A stretch of DNA of 56,124 nt from Macrostomum lignano (taxonomy: Eukaryota). The translations under genes were made by a program, and so were the position numbers. The notes under the pieces are model-generated. The model saw only the letters and a list, made by a program, of their open reading frames with translations, ran no database searches and was not told the origin of the DNA. Where the stretch lies: NCBI GenBank assembly GCA_002269645.1, contig NIVC01000959.1, positions 1 to 56,124 of the forward strand, read 5' to 3'. Shown here in pieces: positions 1 to 20,048 of the stretch; position 1 is the first letter of the stretch; each line of letters starts with the position of its first letter.

Positions 1-412
1 AGCAACAGCTGGTAGGGGACCGCGCGGCAGAAGGCATGCAGCATGAAAATCAACGGGTTAGCAGTTTGAGGGGCCACTCGTAGCGGCCTTAGAACGGAAT
101 GTGTTAAGTCCAATGCCAGGCGCCTAAATTACTAGGTAGGCGGGGCGAGTCTGGGGCGACTGAACTGGCAATAGTAGCAATGGTGATGAAGACTACGCGG
201 AGGTGGAGCAGCAAACGATAAAAGATCACTGCTTTTCGTCGCACGTTCTTCCCAATCATATTTTCTAGCCTTGGCACTTCTTCCTCTCAGTTTGAGGACT
301 CGTCGCCGGTTGCTCCATCAGGTTCCTCGCAGCCTCTGCAAGTTCATTCAAGGGAGTTTGCTCTTCCACCCCAGCCTTCTGAAGTGCTTCCCCGAACTGC
401 GAACCGGCGGCG

Positions 413-7667
<7,255 letters not shown>

Positions 7668-7680
<13 letters not shown>

Positions 7681-7742
7681 GCGGCGAGTTCTGAGCGGGG
7701 AGTTCTGAGCAGGGAGTTCTGAGCGGGGAGTTCTGAGCGGGG
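7668..7742 (+). repeat. 14-bp repeat (GAGTTCTGAGCGGG) x5 that includes the P2X stop codon
   Basis: TGA at 7678, 7692, 7706, 7720 and 7734. Confidence 0.95.
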
Positions 7743-8881
7743 ACAGCTCGAGTGCATGTAGAGGGCCGCGAAATCATGCAAAACTTCACTTGAAGGCTGG
7801 TTTTCGCTGCAGAAAAACAAAAGTTTTCAGTTTTATCAGCACAAATAATTATCCATACTTCACTTTCCGAACTGCCGCATTGCAAATGAAGCAATTTAAA
7901 TTTTTTTGTCAAGCCTTTCGAAATTTCAAGATTTGCAGCAAGTCCTGCATGTCCGAGACAGCCTACTGACCGGAGAGGCCAGTAGTAGGCTCGTAGGCGT
8001 GGAGTATTAAAACCAGAATCACGTGATTTCGGCTTGGCTAGTAGAATTAAAGGACACGGATGTACTTACTTTCGATTTCGTATCATCTATAAAATCTTAT
8101 TTTCGTCGCAGCTAAAGGCCCAAAGATTTGTGTTTGTCTGGCATCTCACGCCGAAGATGTGTTTTGTGTGCCCCCATATTAAATTGAATTGTAATTTCTA
8201 TGAAGTAAGATTCTTTGACTTTGTCAGAAAAACTCTTTCTGATATAAACAGTTGAGTTGGATCATTTTTATCGTGTTCTTATCGTGTAGAAAACACTACT
8301 AATTGTCAGTAGTCTATGCCTATTGTAAAACTGTTATAATTATTCTGTCAACTGCACTGCCCAATCGTCTATTGTTGTTTCAATGTATTACAAAAGCGTT
8401 TAGCCATTCATCCCAACTTCTGTTCCCACATTGTCACTACAAAAATTCTTGATTACTGTATATTATTTCTTCTATTTTGAGATAATAAGTCATTTTCATC
8501 GCACTATAAATTGCCGCATCCATTGCATTCATCTACGCATTGAAATAAAGATTTTAGTTAAAAAGTTTTCCATTGTTTACATGTTTGAGTAACAGGCAGC
8601 GACATGCTGCATTGAGTGACAGGTTTTGTTGACTGATAGGTAGCATTGAATCACAGGTATCAATAAAGACTTCCACCAATGAACAACAACACTTCGAATT
8701 AAAGTGCAATAAGCAGACTGAAGTTGCTAGAATTTGCACTGGTAAAAACGATGCTAGCCTACTCAACAACAGACATGTTTTCATGCGGGTGGCACTGCTA
8801 TAAAAAGTTATTTAGAATGAAATATGTGACAAAAAACAGAAAATTATAAAAATACAAAACACAAGTTAGGGGGAGACCCAC

Positions 8882-9822
8882 CCTGATCCCACTGCTTACA
8901 CCTGTGATCCCACTGCTCACATCTCTGATCCCACTGCTCACATCTCTGATCCCACTGCTCACATCTCTGATCCCACTGCTCGGATCTCTGATCCCACTGC
9001 TCACATCTTTGATCCCACTGCTCACATTTCTGATCCCACTGCTCACATCTCTGATCCCACTGCTCACATCTTTGATCCCACTGCTCACATCTCTGATCCC
9101 ACTGCTCACATCTCTGATCCCACTGCTCACATCTTTGATCCCACTGCTCACATCTCTGATCCCACTGCTCACATCTCTGATCCCACTGCTCACATCTCTG
9201 ATCCCACTGCTCACATCTCTGATCCCACTGCTCACATCTCTGATCCCACTGCTCACATCTCTGATCCCACTGCTCACATCTCTGATCCCACTGCTCACAT
9301 CTCTGATCCCACTGCTCTCATCTCTGATCCCACTGCTCACATCTCTGATCCCACTGCTCACATCTCTGATCCTACTGCTCACATCTCTGATCCCACTGCT
9401 CACATCTCTGATCCTACTGCTCACATCTCTGATCCCACTGCTCGCATCTCTTATCCTACTGCTCGAATCTCTGATCCCACTGCTCACATCTCTGATCCCA
9501 CTGCTCGCATCTCTGATCCCACTGCTCACATCTCTGATCCTACTGCTCACATCTCTGATCCCACTGCTCGCATCTCTTATCCTACTGCTCGAATCTCTGA
9601 TCCCACTGCTCACATCTCTGATCCTACTGCTCACATCTCTGATCCCACTGCTCACATCTCTGATCCTACTGCTCACATCTCTGATCCCACTGCTCGCATC
9701 TCTTATCCTACTGCTCGAATCTCTGATCCCACTGCTCACATCTCTGATCCCACTGCTCGCATCTCTGATCCCACTGCTCACATCTCTGATCCTACTGCTC
9801 ACATCTCTGATCCCACTGCTCG
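8882..9822 (+). repeat. 21-bp minisatellite (CTGATCCCACTGCTCACATCT), ~45 copies
   Basis: Direct inspection; immediately downstream of the GPCR stop. Confidence 0.98.
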
Positions 9823-9855
9823 GCTCTCCACGCTCCTAAGCTAGTTCAAAGGTAA

Positions 9856-12800
9856 TCAGCGACTGAGGCAGCCTCCATCCCCGCCTCCTTGGCGCAAGTC
9901 ACCGGTGGCCCCGGCAGTTGCCACCAGTCCTGAGCCGACCAACGGCAGCGAGACGCCGCCAGCGCAGTCCCCGCCGCAGTCGACGCGCCCAACTCCACCG
10001 CCTGCATCGCCTCCAGGAGGTCGGCAGCGGCAGATCAGCCGGCGCAGGTCGTCGCGAAATCTCGCCGACGACGCTGAGTAGACGAAGAAGTTCATCAGCG
10101 AATCGGTGACGGACAGCACGTTGGTGACGATGTCCGGGTGGAACGGCAGCCACTTCAGCAGCTCCGGCCAGAGCCCCAGCGCCGTTGTGGACACGAAGGT
10201 TGGAAACTCGAGCACGCAGAAGACGGCCGCCAGGCTGAGGACCATCCAGCTGGCTCGCTGGGAGGCCGCCTGACTTGACAGCCGCCTGTGCTGACACTTG
10301 GCGAGGCTGCGGCGGCTGCGGCGCAGCTGATGCCACATCACCGCGGTGGGCATCGGGATTAGCAGGGTCGGCACCAGAGACTGCGAGTTTCAGGGATTTA
10401 TTGGGCTTTAGGCTTTGCCAGCAGTTCACCATTCTCATCATTTTTGGCTTTGTGGCAACTGATGGGATCAGTGATGAGCAGGGATAGGCAGCGGCGGGAT
10501 CGGATGCCCAGTGCGGTGGGATCAGAGATGGGATTTGAGAGTGGTGGGATCAGAGATGGGATTTGAGAGTGGTGGCATCAGACATGGGATTTGAGAGTGG
10601 TGGGATCAGAGATGGGATTTGAGAGTGGTGGGATCAGAGATGGGATTTGAGAGTGATCAGATCAGAGATGGGATTTGAGAGTGATCGGATCAGAGATGGG
10701 ATTCGAGAGTGATGTGATCAGAGATAGGATTTGAGAGTGATCGGATTAGAGATGGTGGGATCAGAGATGGTGGGATCAGAGATGGTGGGATCAGAGATGG
10801 TGGGATCAGAGATGGTGGGATCAGAGATGGTGGGATCAGATCGAGATGGTGGGATCAGAGATGGTGGGATCAGAGATGGTGGGATCAGAGATGGTGGGAT
10901 CAGAGATGGTGGGATCAGATCGAGATGGTGGGATCAGAGATGGTGGGATCAGAGATGGTGGGATCAGAGATGGTGGGATCAGATCGAGATGATGGGATCA
11001 GAGATGGTGGGATCAGAGATGGTGGGATCAGAGATGGTGGGATCAGAGATGGTGGGATCAGATCGAGATGATGGGATCAGAGATGATGGGATCAGAGATG
11101 GTGGGATCAGAGATGGTGGGATCAGAGATGGTGGGATCAGAGATGGTGGGATCAGAGACGGTGGGATCAGAGATGGTGGGATCAGAGATGGTGGGATCAG
11201 ATCGAGATGGTGGGATCAGAGATGGTAGGATCAGAGATGGTGGGATCAGAGATGGTGGGATCAGAGATGGTGGGATCAGATCGAGATGGTGGGATCAGAG
11301 ATGGTAGGATCAGAGATGGTGGGATCAGAGATGGTGGGATCAGAGATGGTGGGATCAGAGATGGTGGGATCAGAGATGGTGGGATCAGAGACGGTGGGAT
11401 CAGAGATGGTGGGATCAGAGATGGTGGGATCAGAGATGGTGGGATCAGAGATGGTGGGATCAGAGATGGTGGGATCAGAGATGGTGGGATCAGAGATGGT
11501 GGGATCAGAGATGGTGGGATCAGAGATGGTGGGATCAGAGATGGTGGGATCAGAGATGGTGGGATCAGAGATGGTGGGATCAGAGATGGTGGGATCAGAG
11601 ATGGTGGGATCAGAGATGGTGGGATCAGAGATGGTGGGATCAGAGATGGTGGGATCAGAGATGGTGGGATCAGAGATGGTGGGATCAGAGATGGTGGGAT
11701 CAGAGACGGTGGGATCAGAGATGGTGGGATCAGAGATGGTGGGATCAGAGATGGTGGGATCAGAGATGGTGGGATCAGAGATGGTGGGATCAGAGATGGT
11801 GGGATCAGAGATGGTGGGATCAGAGATGGTGGGATCAGAGATGGTGGGATCAGAGATGGTGGGATCAGATCGAGATGGTGGGATCAGAGATGGTGGGATC
11901 AGAGATGGTGGGATCAGAGATGGTGGGATCAGAGATTGTGGGATAAGATCGAGATGGTGGGATCAGAGATGGTGGGATCAGAGATGGTGGGATCAGAGAT
12001 GGTGGGATCAGAGATTGTGGGATCAGAGATGGTGGGATCAGAGATGGTGGGATCAGAGATGGTAGGATCAGAGATGGTGGGATCAGAGATGGTGGGATCA
12101 GATCGAGATGATGGGATCAGAGATGGTGGGATCAGAGATGGTGGGATCAGAGATGGTGGGATCAGAGATGGTGGGATCAGAGATGGTGGGATCAGAGATG
12201 GTGGGATCAGAGATGGTGGGATCAGAGATGGTGGGATCAGAGATGGTGGGATCAGATATAGGATATGGAAGATTTTACGAGGAGATTCAGAGGATTCGAA
12301 CTCGGACTCGCCTGGAAGGCGTACACCGCCCAACTCAGGGCCTGGTTGCGCAGTAGCGGCCGGGCCACTATGCTGTCAGGCTCTAGGTTGGTGCACAGGA
12401 CGCCGGCCTCGGCGAGGTTGGCCGCCGCGGCCAGGCCGATCGCTAGCACCAGCGCCACGCCGAAGGCGGCGGCCAGGCGGCTCCGGTTGAACAGCAGGCA
12501 GCGTCTGACAGCCAGCGGCCGGGCAACCGCCTCGCAGCGGGCGGAGCAGATCAGCAGCACCGTCCAGTTGCGGGCCGACACCAGCGCGTTGATGGCAACG
12601 TGGACGCAGCTGGTGATGGCGAAGCTGGCGAGGGTGTGCCAGTGCTCGAGGCCGGTGCGCACGATGGCGACCTCGGCCAGCAGGGCACACTGCAGGCACA
12701 CCTCGGTGCAGGAGATGTACAGCAGCGACAGGCGAACTGCGCGATTGTCGAAATGCTGTCTGGCAAAGATGTACAGAGCCAGGGAGTTGGCGACCAGCGC

Positions 12801-12926
12801 AGTGGCGGCGATGGGCGCTATGACCAGGCAGGTGGCCCGCTCAGTGTCCAGGTAGTCATGCTCGTGCTCGTCCAGCGTCCGGTTCAGCTCGGACTGGTTG
12901 CAGCGGTCGCGGAAATAATACAGCAT
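9856..12926 (-). CDS. Orphan rhodopsin-like (class A) peptide-type GPCR, ~379 aa, FMRFamide/SPR/srw-like group
   Basis: Coding exons 12926-12312 and 10380-9856. N-terminal sequons NQS and NRT. Seven hydrophobic segments with TM1 [12 protein letters not shown]3 [20 protein letters not shown] (DRY-equivalent ARC), TM5 AVYAFQ|[11 protein letters not shown]6 FCVLEFP, TM7 [10 protein letters not shown] and helix 8 RFRDDLRRL. Start codon uncertain: there is an acceptor at 12960 and an in-frame upstream ATG at 13661. Confidence 0.88.
10510..12256 (+). repeat. 15-bp minisatellite (GGGATCAGAGATGGT), >100 copies, with a longer-unit subarray at the left end
   Basis: Fills most of the GPCR intron. Confidence 0.98.
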
Positions 12927-12966
12927 GCCGAGCTGCTGGGGACGGTGCGTTGAGGACTTCTGCAGT

Positions 12967-13628
12967 GATCCGATCCCACTGCTCACATCTCTGATCCCAC
13001 TGCTCACATCTCTGATCCCACTGCTCACATCTCTGATCCCACTGCTCGCATCTCTGATCCCACTGCTCACATCTCTGATCCCACTGCTCACATCTCTGAT
13101 CCTACTGCTCACATCTCTGATCCCACTGCTCACATCTCTGATCCCACTGCTCACAGCTCTGATCCCACTGCTCACATATCTGATCCCACTGCTCACATTT
13201 CTGATCCCACTGCTCACATCTCTGATCCCACTGCTTACACCTGTGATCCCACTGCTCACATCTGTGATCCCACTGCTCACATCTCTGATCCCACTGCTCA
13301 AATCTCTGATACCACTGCTCACATCTGTGATCCCACTGCTCACATCTCTGATCCCACTGCTCACATCTCTGATCCCACTGTTCACATCTCTGATCCCACT
13401 GCTCACATCTCTGATCCCACTGCTCGCATCTCTGATCCCACTGCTGACATCTCTGATCCCACTGCTGACATCTCTGATCCCACTGCTCACATCTCTGATT
13501 CCACTGCTCGCATCTCTGATCCCACTGCTCACATCTCTGATCCCACTGCTCACATCTCTGATCCCAGTGCTCATATCTCTGATCCCACTGCTCACATCTC
13601 TGATCCCAGTGCTCATATCTCTGATCCT
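12967..13628 (+). repeat. 21-bp minisatellite (CTGATCCCACTGCTCACATCT), ~31 copies
   Basis: Same unit as 8882-9822; immediately upstream of GPCR coding exon 1. Confidence 0.98.
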
Positions 13629-14634
13629 TATTAATGTTGAGATACGAGCGAAAAATATCATTTTCCATGCTTTCAATTTAATAACGCAACAAGCTGCAGT
13701 TCAGAAAATTTGTTTGTATTTCCAAATCTCCTTCGATCTCTTTCTACGAGATGTAATCGAAAGCTCCAGATGATGACCAGCGAAAACTGGATTGATGATG
13801 AAGCAGCAAGGACTTGTGAATCATCCAGAATTGTTTTGATCTTCTTTCAGAAAGCTTCACTCTTATCGAATTCATTGTATTCCTGCTTTCAGTGCGTTCA
13901 GTTCGAGCTAATGGTCTACTGCAATATTATAATGACTGCATGAATACAACTGGCTCTATATTCTCTCTAACAGTGTCAGTGCCAGTCAGTAAAGAGCAGC
14001 CACATTGAGCCGCAATCTCTCTTCTCTCTGTGTCAGCCGTATCTTTCAGGCACTTACAACTTACAACTACATAAATATGATTGATTGAGCAGTTCTCATT
14101 CCTAATAATTCCTTGTTTATCTCTTATCCTTTGTCGGAAACACTTGAAGCCGACTGTGCCACCCGGGCATGCAAAACACGCGCACTTATCACAGGTAGCA
14201 GCCATACCTGTAACACTATTGCACTGGCAGCAGATCTGGAAGCGCGGGCTCTCGGTTCCTGTCGAATTTATGACCCGGTACGCTCCGCGGGGTGGATCGA
14301 GGGAAGCGATATAAAACTCCGGGAGAATGGGGAACCAAACAAGGCAAAGTGCACCGGTGCAGCGGATCAGTAAATAGATGGGATGCAGCGGCCTAAGCGT
14401 GACGCCCCAGCTTAAAGTCCCGGTTTATCGGGCATCAACAGCGGGTCACGCCGGTGTCAAGTCAAAGAAATGCACAGCCATTCGGTAGAATAATGAAAAC
14501 AAAACATTGCCGAAAGCAGACAGCCGACAGATCATAAAAAGTACAACGCCTACAATAAGCTTGGAACTCTCGCTAGACCTTGCTGGAAACTTTGCTTTTA
14601 TTTTTTCTTTTTTCTGGGATCAGAGAGCTCAGAA

Positions 14635-14885
14635 AGAGATCAGAGAGAGATCAGAGAGATCAGAGAGATCAGAGAGATCAGAGAGGTCAGAGAGGTCAGA
14701 GAGGTCAGAGAGGTCAGAGAGATCAGAGAGGTCAGAGAGGTCAGAGAGGTCAGAGAGGTCAGAGAGGTCAGAGAGGTCAGAGAGGTCAGAGAGGTCAGAG
14801 AGGTCAGAGAGATCAGAGAGAGAGATAGATCAGAGACCAGACAAAGATCAGAGAGAGATCCGAGAGATATAGATATCAGAGAAGT
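14635..14885 (+). repeat. 9-10-bp repeat (AGAGAGGTC / AGAGAGATC)
   Basis: Direct inspection. Confidence 0.95.
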
Positions 14886-15365
14886 ATCAGAGAAACCAAA
14901 GAAGAATCAAAGGAAATCAATGGCTGAGAAGGAAAAGCAGGGGCAGTGGAGCCTGCAATGCTTTAGATGGCCACCAGTTAGAAGGGAAACAAGGCTCGAG
15001 GCCAAAAAGGTGAGCCAACAGCAACGATGCTTCAAGAATACGACTAAAAGAGAGAGGGGGGCAAACCCTGGATAGCGGATCTGTGAAGGTGAAACTGTAG
15101 GTGATGTAGCAGCGATCGGCCATGGCTAGAAAATCAGAGAAAGAGACAGATGGGGCTCGCCAGTCCGGCAGACACTGGAGTGCGCTCCAGTGGTTCCGCT
15201 TTAGTTGCCGGGCAACTTCCAGCCTATGTGGCTCTTCCAGTTGAAGGTTTGAAAAATGCGCTTGACAGAAATGCGGGGCCTGTCAGACAGCGGATTAAGG
15301 GTTGAGAGCAGCTGACGGATGATGGCGCTGCTGCTGCAGTTTCAGGCCCAGAAAACTGCACTCAA

Positions 15366-15512
15366 CTGACTGACTGACTGACTGACTGACTGACTGACTG
15401 ACTGACTGACTGACTGACTGACTGACTGACTGACTGACTGACTGACTGACTGACTGACTGACTGACTGACTGACTGACTGACTGACTGACTGACTGACTG
15501 ACTGACTGACTG
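15366..15512 (+). repeat. (TGAC)n microsatellite
   Basis: Direct inspection. Confidence 0.98.
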
Positions 15513-15812
15513 GATAATATTGTCTCACCTGTTGATTTTAGCAAAAAGGCGATTGTCTCTTCCTTCTTTGAAAGTTGTGCGCGATTCCAAAGCTATAGAT
15601 ATGTTTGTATGATAAAACAGAGAGTGCCCTTTTATAGACACTGTTTACTGTGCGCCAGGGGAGACTTTGTTATACTGCGGAAAACGACCAGTGCGGCACG
15701 TATCGTCCTCATTTCGCGGGTAGTCGCTGGGCGATAAAAATCCAGCCAATGGGATTCCGGGGCAAAGTTGCAGGGGCATCAAGGCAAGCAAGTCCTAAAC
15801 TGATTCGGAACG

Positions 15813-16252
<440 letters not shown>

Positions 16253-16759
16253 TTAATTCATTCCGGTTTTTCTACTATAAGTAGAATAGTGGGGTTAGTT
16301 AAGCATTTCTACTGCATTTATTGAAACATACCACTATCGAAAGCACCATGCAAAGGAAGGTCAAGTGCATGTTAAAATAGCCCAGAGGGCAACTGCTCAA
16401 TCACTGATGTGTAAAAGCAGGCGTTTTTTCGAAATTTCTAGGCTTAATAAAGTATGCGATAATTAATTATGCTTATTAAAAAGGATTTGGCTTATTAAAA
16501 ATTGTGAAAATTCTCAAATGAAGATGTTCTGGAAAAGTAGACAAGGAAGGTATGCAATGAAAAAAAATGAAATTCGCTGCTTCGTTTACGCGAAGTGAAA
16601 TTTTCTTACTGTCGTCAAAAATCTGTATTAGCAAGCGCTGCAATTTGCTATATAAGATTAAAAATTATTTACTAGATGCAACATTGCCCCCGCTGTGAGC
16701 AAGTTAATTGCTGATGCACCTACCGAACTGTGCAGTATTTGAGTCTGAAAGTCTGTAGC

Positions 16760-17560
16760 AGGGGAGACAGTTGCCCATTCACTGGAGACAGTTGCCCATT
16801 CACTGGAGGCAGTTGCACATTCACTGGAGGCAGTTGCACATTCACTGGAGGCAGTTGCACATTCACTGGAGGCAGTTGCACATTCACTGGAGGCAGTTGC
16901 ACATTCACTGGAGGCAGTTGCACATTCACTGGAGGCAGTTGCACATTCACTGGAGGCAGTTGCCCATTCACTGGAGGCAGTTGCACATTCACTGGAGGCA
17001 GTTGCCCATTCACTGGAGGCAGTTGCACATTCACTGGAGGCAGTTGCCCATTCACTGGAGACAGTTGCCCATTCACTGGAGGCAGTTGCACATTCACTGG
17101 AGGCAGTTGCACATTCACTGGAGGCAGTTGCACATTCACTGGAGACAGTTGCCCATTCACTGGAGGCAGTTGCACATTCACTGGAGGCAGTTGCAAATTC
17201 ACTGGAGGCAGTTGCCCATTCACTGGAGACAGTTGCCCATTCACTGGAGACAGTTGCCCATTCACTGGAGGCAGTTGCACATTCACTGGAGGCAGTTGCA
17301 CATTCACTGGAGGCAGTTGCACATTCACTGGAGGCAGTTGCACATTCACTGGAGGCAGTTGCACATCTACTAGAGGCAGTTGCAAATTCACGAGACAGTT
17401 GCCCATTCACTGGAGGCAGTTGCACATTCACTGGAGACAGTTGCACATTCACAGGAGGCAGTTGCACATTCACTGGAGGCAGTTGCCCATTCACTGGAGG
17501 CAGTTGCACATTCACTGGAGACAGTTGCACATTCACAGGAGGCAGTTGCACATTCACTGA
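16760..17560 (+). repeat. 21-bp minisatellite (CATTCACTGGAGGCAGTTGCA), ~38 copies
   Basis: Direct inspection. Confidence 0.98.
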
Positions 17561-18545
17561 AGCAAGGAAGGTAACAGAGCATTAACTAACTCACTCGAGT
17601 CTCAAGGACAATTACCAAGGTAATGTTAGAAATTGATCAATTTTATCTATACGTCTACAAACTCTCGTATGCAAGGTCGATTCAAGATTAAAATTTTATG
17701 ATCCTGGAATCTTTCACGCCGGTGCAGATCTCAGGAGGAGATAAAATGTCAACCCGGAAGCGATAAGTTCACTTATCAAAATGAATAGATAGACATTGCA
17801 TAACTGACTGCAGGCGGTCTGAGGAAGTAAGTTTATACAACCTCAGTTTGCTGCATATCTTTCTTAAATAATCTTTCTTCACCTAATCTCCTAAATTGTG
17901 CACCAACTAATCTAATTGACTGTCTTATTGTCCTGTTTTTTGCTTATATATCTGTTTTCATGAGCTGACCAAGCTCAACCTTCAACTTTGAACTCTTGGG
18001 ACGACAGCGAAAAAAAACAAAAAAGCATCACGCAACTGGGCAAAACACTTTCAACAGAAACAGGTCTTTCATTCAGTACCGCCTGTGATCAGTAGGGTAG
18101 ACAGTACGGCTGTCTCCGAGCAGAAAATTCAATCAGCATCTATAAAAATGGCTGCTTCATCGGACAGATTAATTTTAGCAAACACTCGCTGCCTTTCATT
18201 CCGTGTTCTATTCAATTTTGCCACTTTATCGATGCGTCTCGCAGAATCCTTGGGGATTTAGCAGATGATTTTTGCTTGTTCCAATCGCCTTGGAAATCTG
18301 AATGCGCAGTTCGCAACAGGTTTGCGTGCAATTCGGGCAGGTGCACTAGTTCGACTGGTTGTGTCATGTGACCTGAACTATAGCGATTCGTACGGTTGGA
18401 ATATTGAGTTACACTACCCTGTCATGTCGCTTTTTATGTTGAAAGTTTCAAGCAAATCTTTGATCTGGGCAGGGGTAAGAGTTGCTTCTCTGTGAATAGT
18501 TGCGTAGACGTCCACAAGGATCTGCAGCCCAAGCAAGTGAGTGTG

Positions 18546-19245
18546 GACAATGTGGGCAGTTGGTTAGTTATCCGTCATGGACAGTGTGGGCAGTTGGTTA
18601 GTTATCCGTCATGGACAGTGTGGGTAGTTGGTTAGTTATCCGTCATGGACAGTGTGGGCAGTTGGTTAGTTATCCGTCATGGACAGTGTGGGTAGTTGGT
18701 TAGTTATCCGTCATGGACAGTGTGGGTAGTTGGTTAGTTATCCGTCATGGACAGTGTGGGTAGTTGGTTAGTTATCCGTCATGGACAGTGTGGGCAGTTG
18801 GTTAGTTATCTGTCATGGACAATGTGGGCAGTTGGTTAGTTATCCGTCATGGACAGTGTGGGCAGTTGGTTAGTTATCCGTCATGGACAGTGTGGGTAGT
18901 TGGTTAGTTATCCGTCATGGACAGTGTGGGTAGTTGGTTAGTTATCCGTCATGGACAGTGTGGGCAGTTGGTTAGTTATCCGTCATGGACAGTGTGGGTA
19001 GTTGGTTAGTTATCCGTCATGGACAGTGTGGGCAGTTGGTTAGTTATCTGTCATGGAGAGTGTGGGCAGTCGGTTAGTTATCCGTCAAGGACAGTGTGGG
19101 CAGTTGGTTAGTTATCCGTCATGGACAGTGTGGGCAGTCGGTTAGTTATCCGTCAAGGACAGTGTGGGCAGTTGGTTAGTTATCCGTCAAGGACAGTGTG
19201 GGCAGTTGGTTAGTTATCCGTCATGGACAGTGTGGGCAGTTGGTT
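18546..19245 (+). repeat. 34-bp minisatellite (GGACAGTGTGGGCAGTTGGTTAGTTATCCGTCAT), ~20 copies
   Basis: Direct inspection; ~500 bp upstream of the precursor A TATA box. Confidence 0.97.
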
Positions 19246-19747
19246 GTCCATCGAGAAGCACTGCTGGACTAAGACTTTTTTCGTTGTTGCGGCGTACGAG
19301 AGGCAAGTTTCCATTCTCTGTGATAAAAAAGGATTCTACACGTCAGTTTTTCGGACTGAAGAAATCATTTTTCAACACTCAGGACCCGAAAAGCCAGAAA
19401 AAATATGAGCAGGTGCGGCCAAATCCAGCCTTCAGTCAGTCATCCGCTTCCAAACTCGGTTTGTTCCGGTTCGGAGAGCCGGAAAAAATCAAAATTCGAA
19501 AAATCCAATCAGATGAAACTCGCAAGGTCTCCGATTTTGACTTCTAAAGATAAGGATTTGCTGCCCATCGCAGAATCGAATCACGCAGAAAACTCTCCAA
19601 ACTGGGCTCCGTCGTCACTGGGCCATTTCCTCTTTCTCACGGGATTGTTTGTCACCATGAGCAAACTCGAGGGGGGGAGATTAAACTGATTGGACGGTCA
19701 ACTCCCACCTGGCCAGTTTTTCTCTCGGGTGCTCTCTCGATCGCGCT

Positions 19748-20015
19748 TATAAATAGAAGAGCAGCGGAGATGGGCTGATCGGATCATTTTTGGTTCGGAC
19801 GAAATCAATCGACGCTGGAGGTAAGCGTTGCTCATTTTTAAGCTTTGGAGACAGATTCAAGGCAAGCTTGCTAGGCCAAGAATTTAGTTATCTAAGTATT
19901 CCTTCTTGCCACGGTACTGGGAGTTGTCCGTGCCAAAACTCATTGCAGGATTTCTAAAACGTTTTAGACCTAAATGCACGGGGCGATTAATTTTCTTCCT
20001 TGATCCTTATCGCAG
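19748..20015 (+). promoter_or_regulatory. TATA box, non-coding first exon and 5'UTR intron of precursor A
   Basis: TATAAATA at 19748-19755; donor GGAG|GTAAGC at 19821; pyrimidine-rich acceptor ...ccttatcgcag| ending at 20015, 33 nt before the ATG. Confidence 0.6.
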
Positions 20016-20048
20016 ATTTCAAGCCACTTTTCAACGCGACGACAAAAA

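Noticed and set aside
100-260. Divergent minus-strand ~51-aa ORF with a hydrophobic stretch upstream of P2X
   Set aside because: Short, with no recognisable motif and no convincing splice partner inside the window.
8798-12490. Long ORFs such as (IPLLTSL)n, (DGGIR)n and (MVGSE)n
   Set aside because: These are translations of 21-bp and 15-bp tandem arrays that happen to be stop-free; the real gene here is the minus-strand GPCR.
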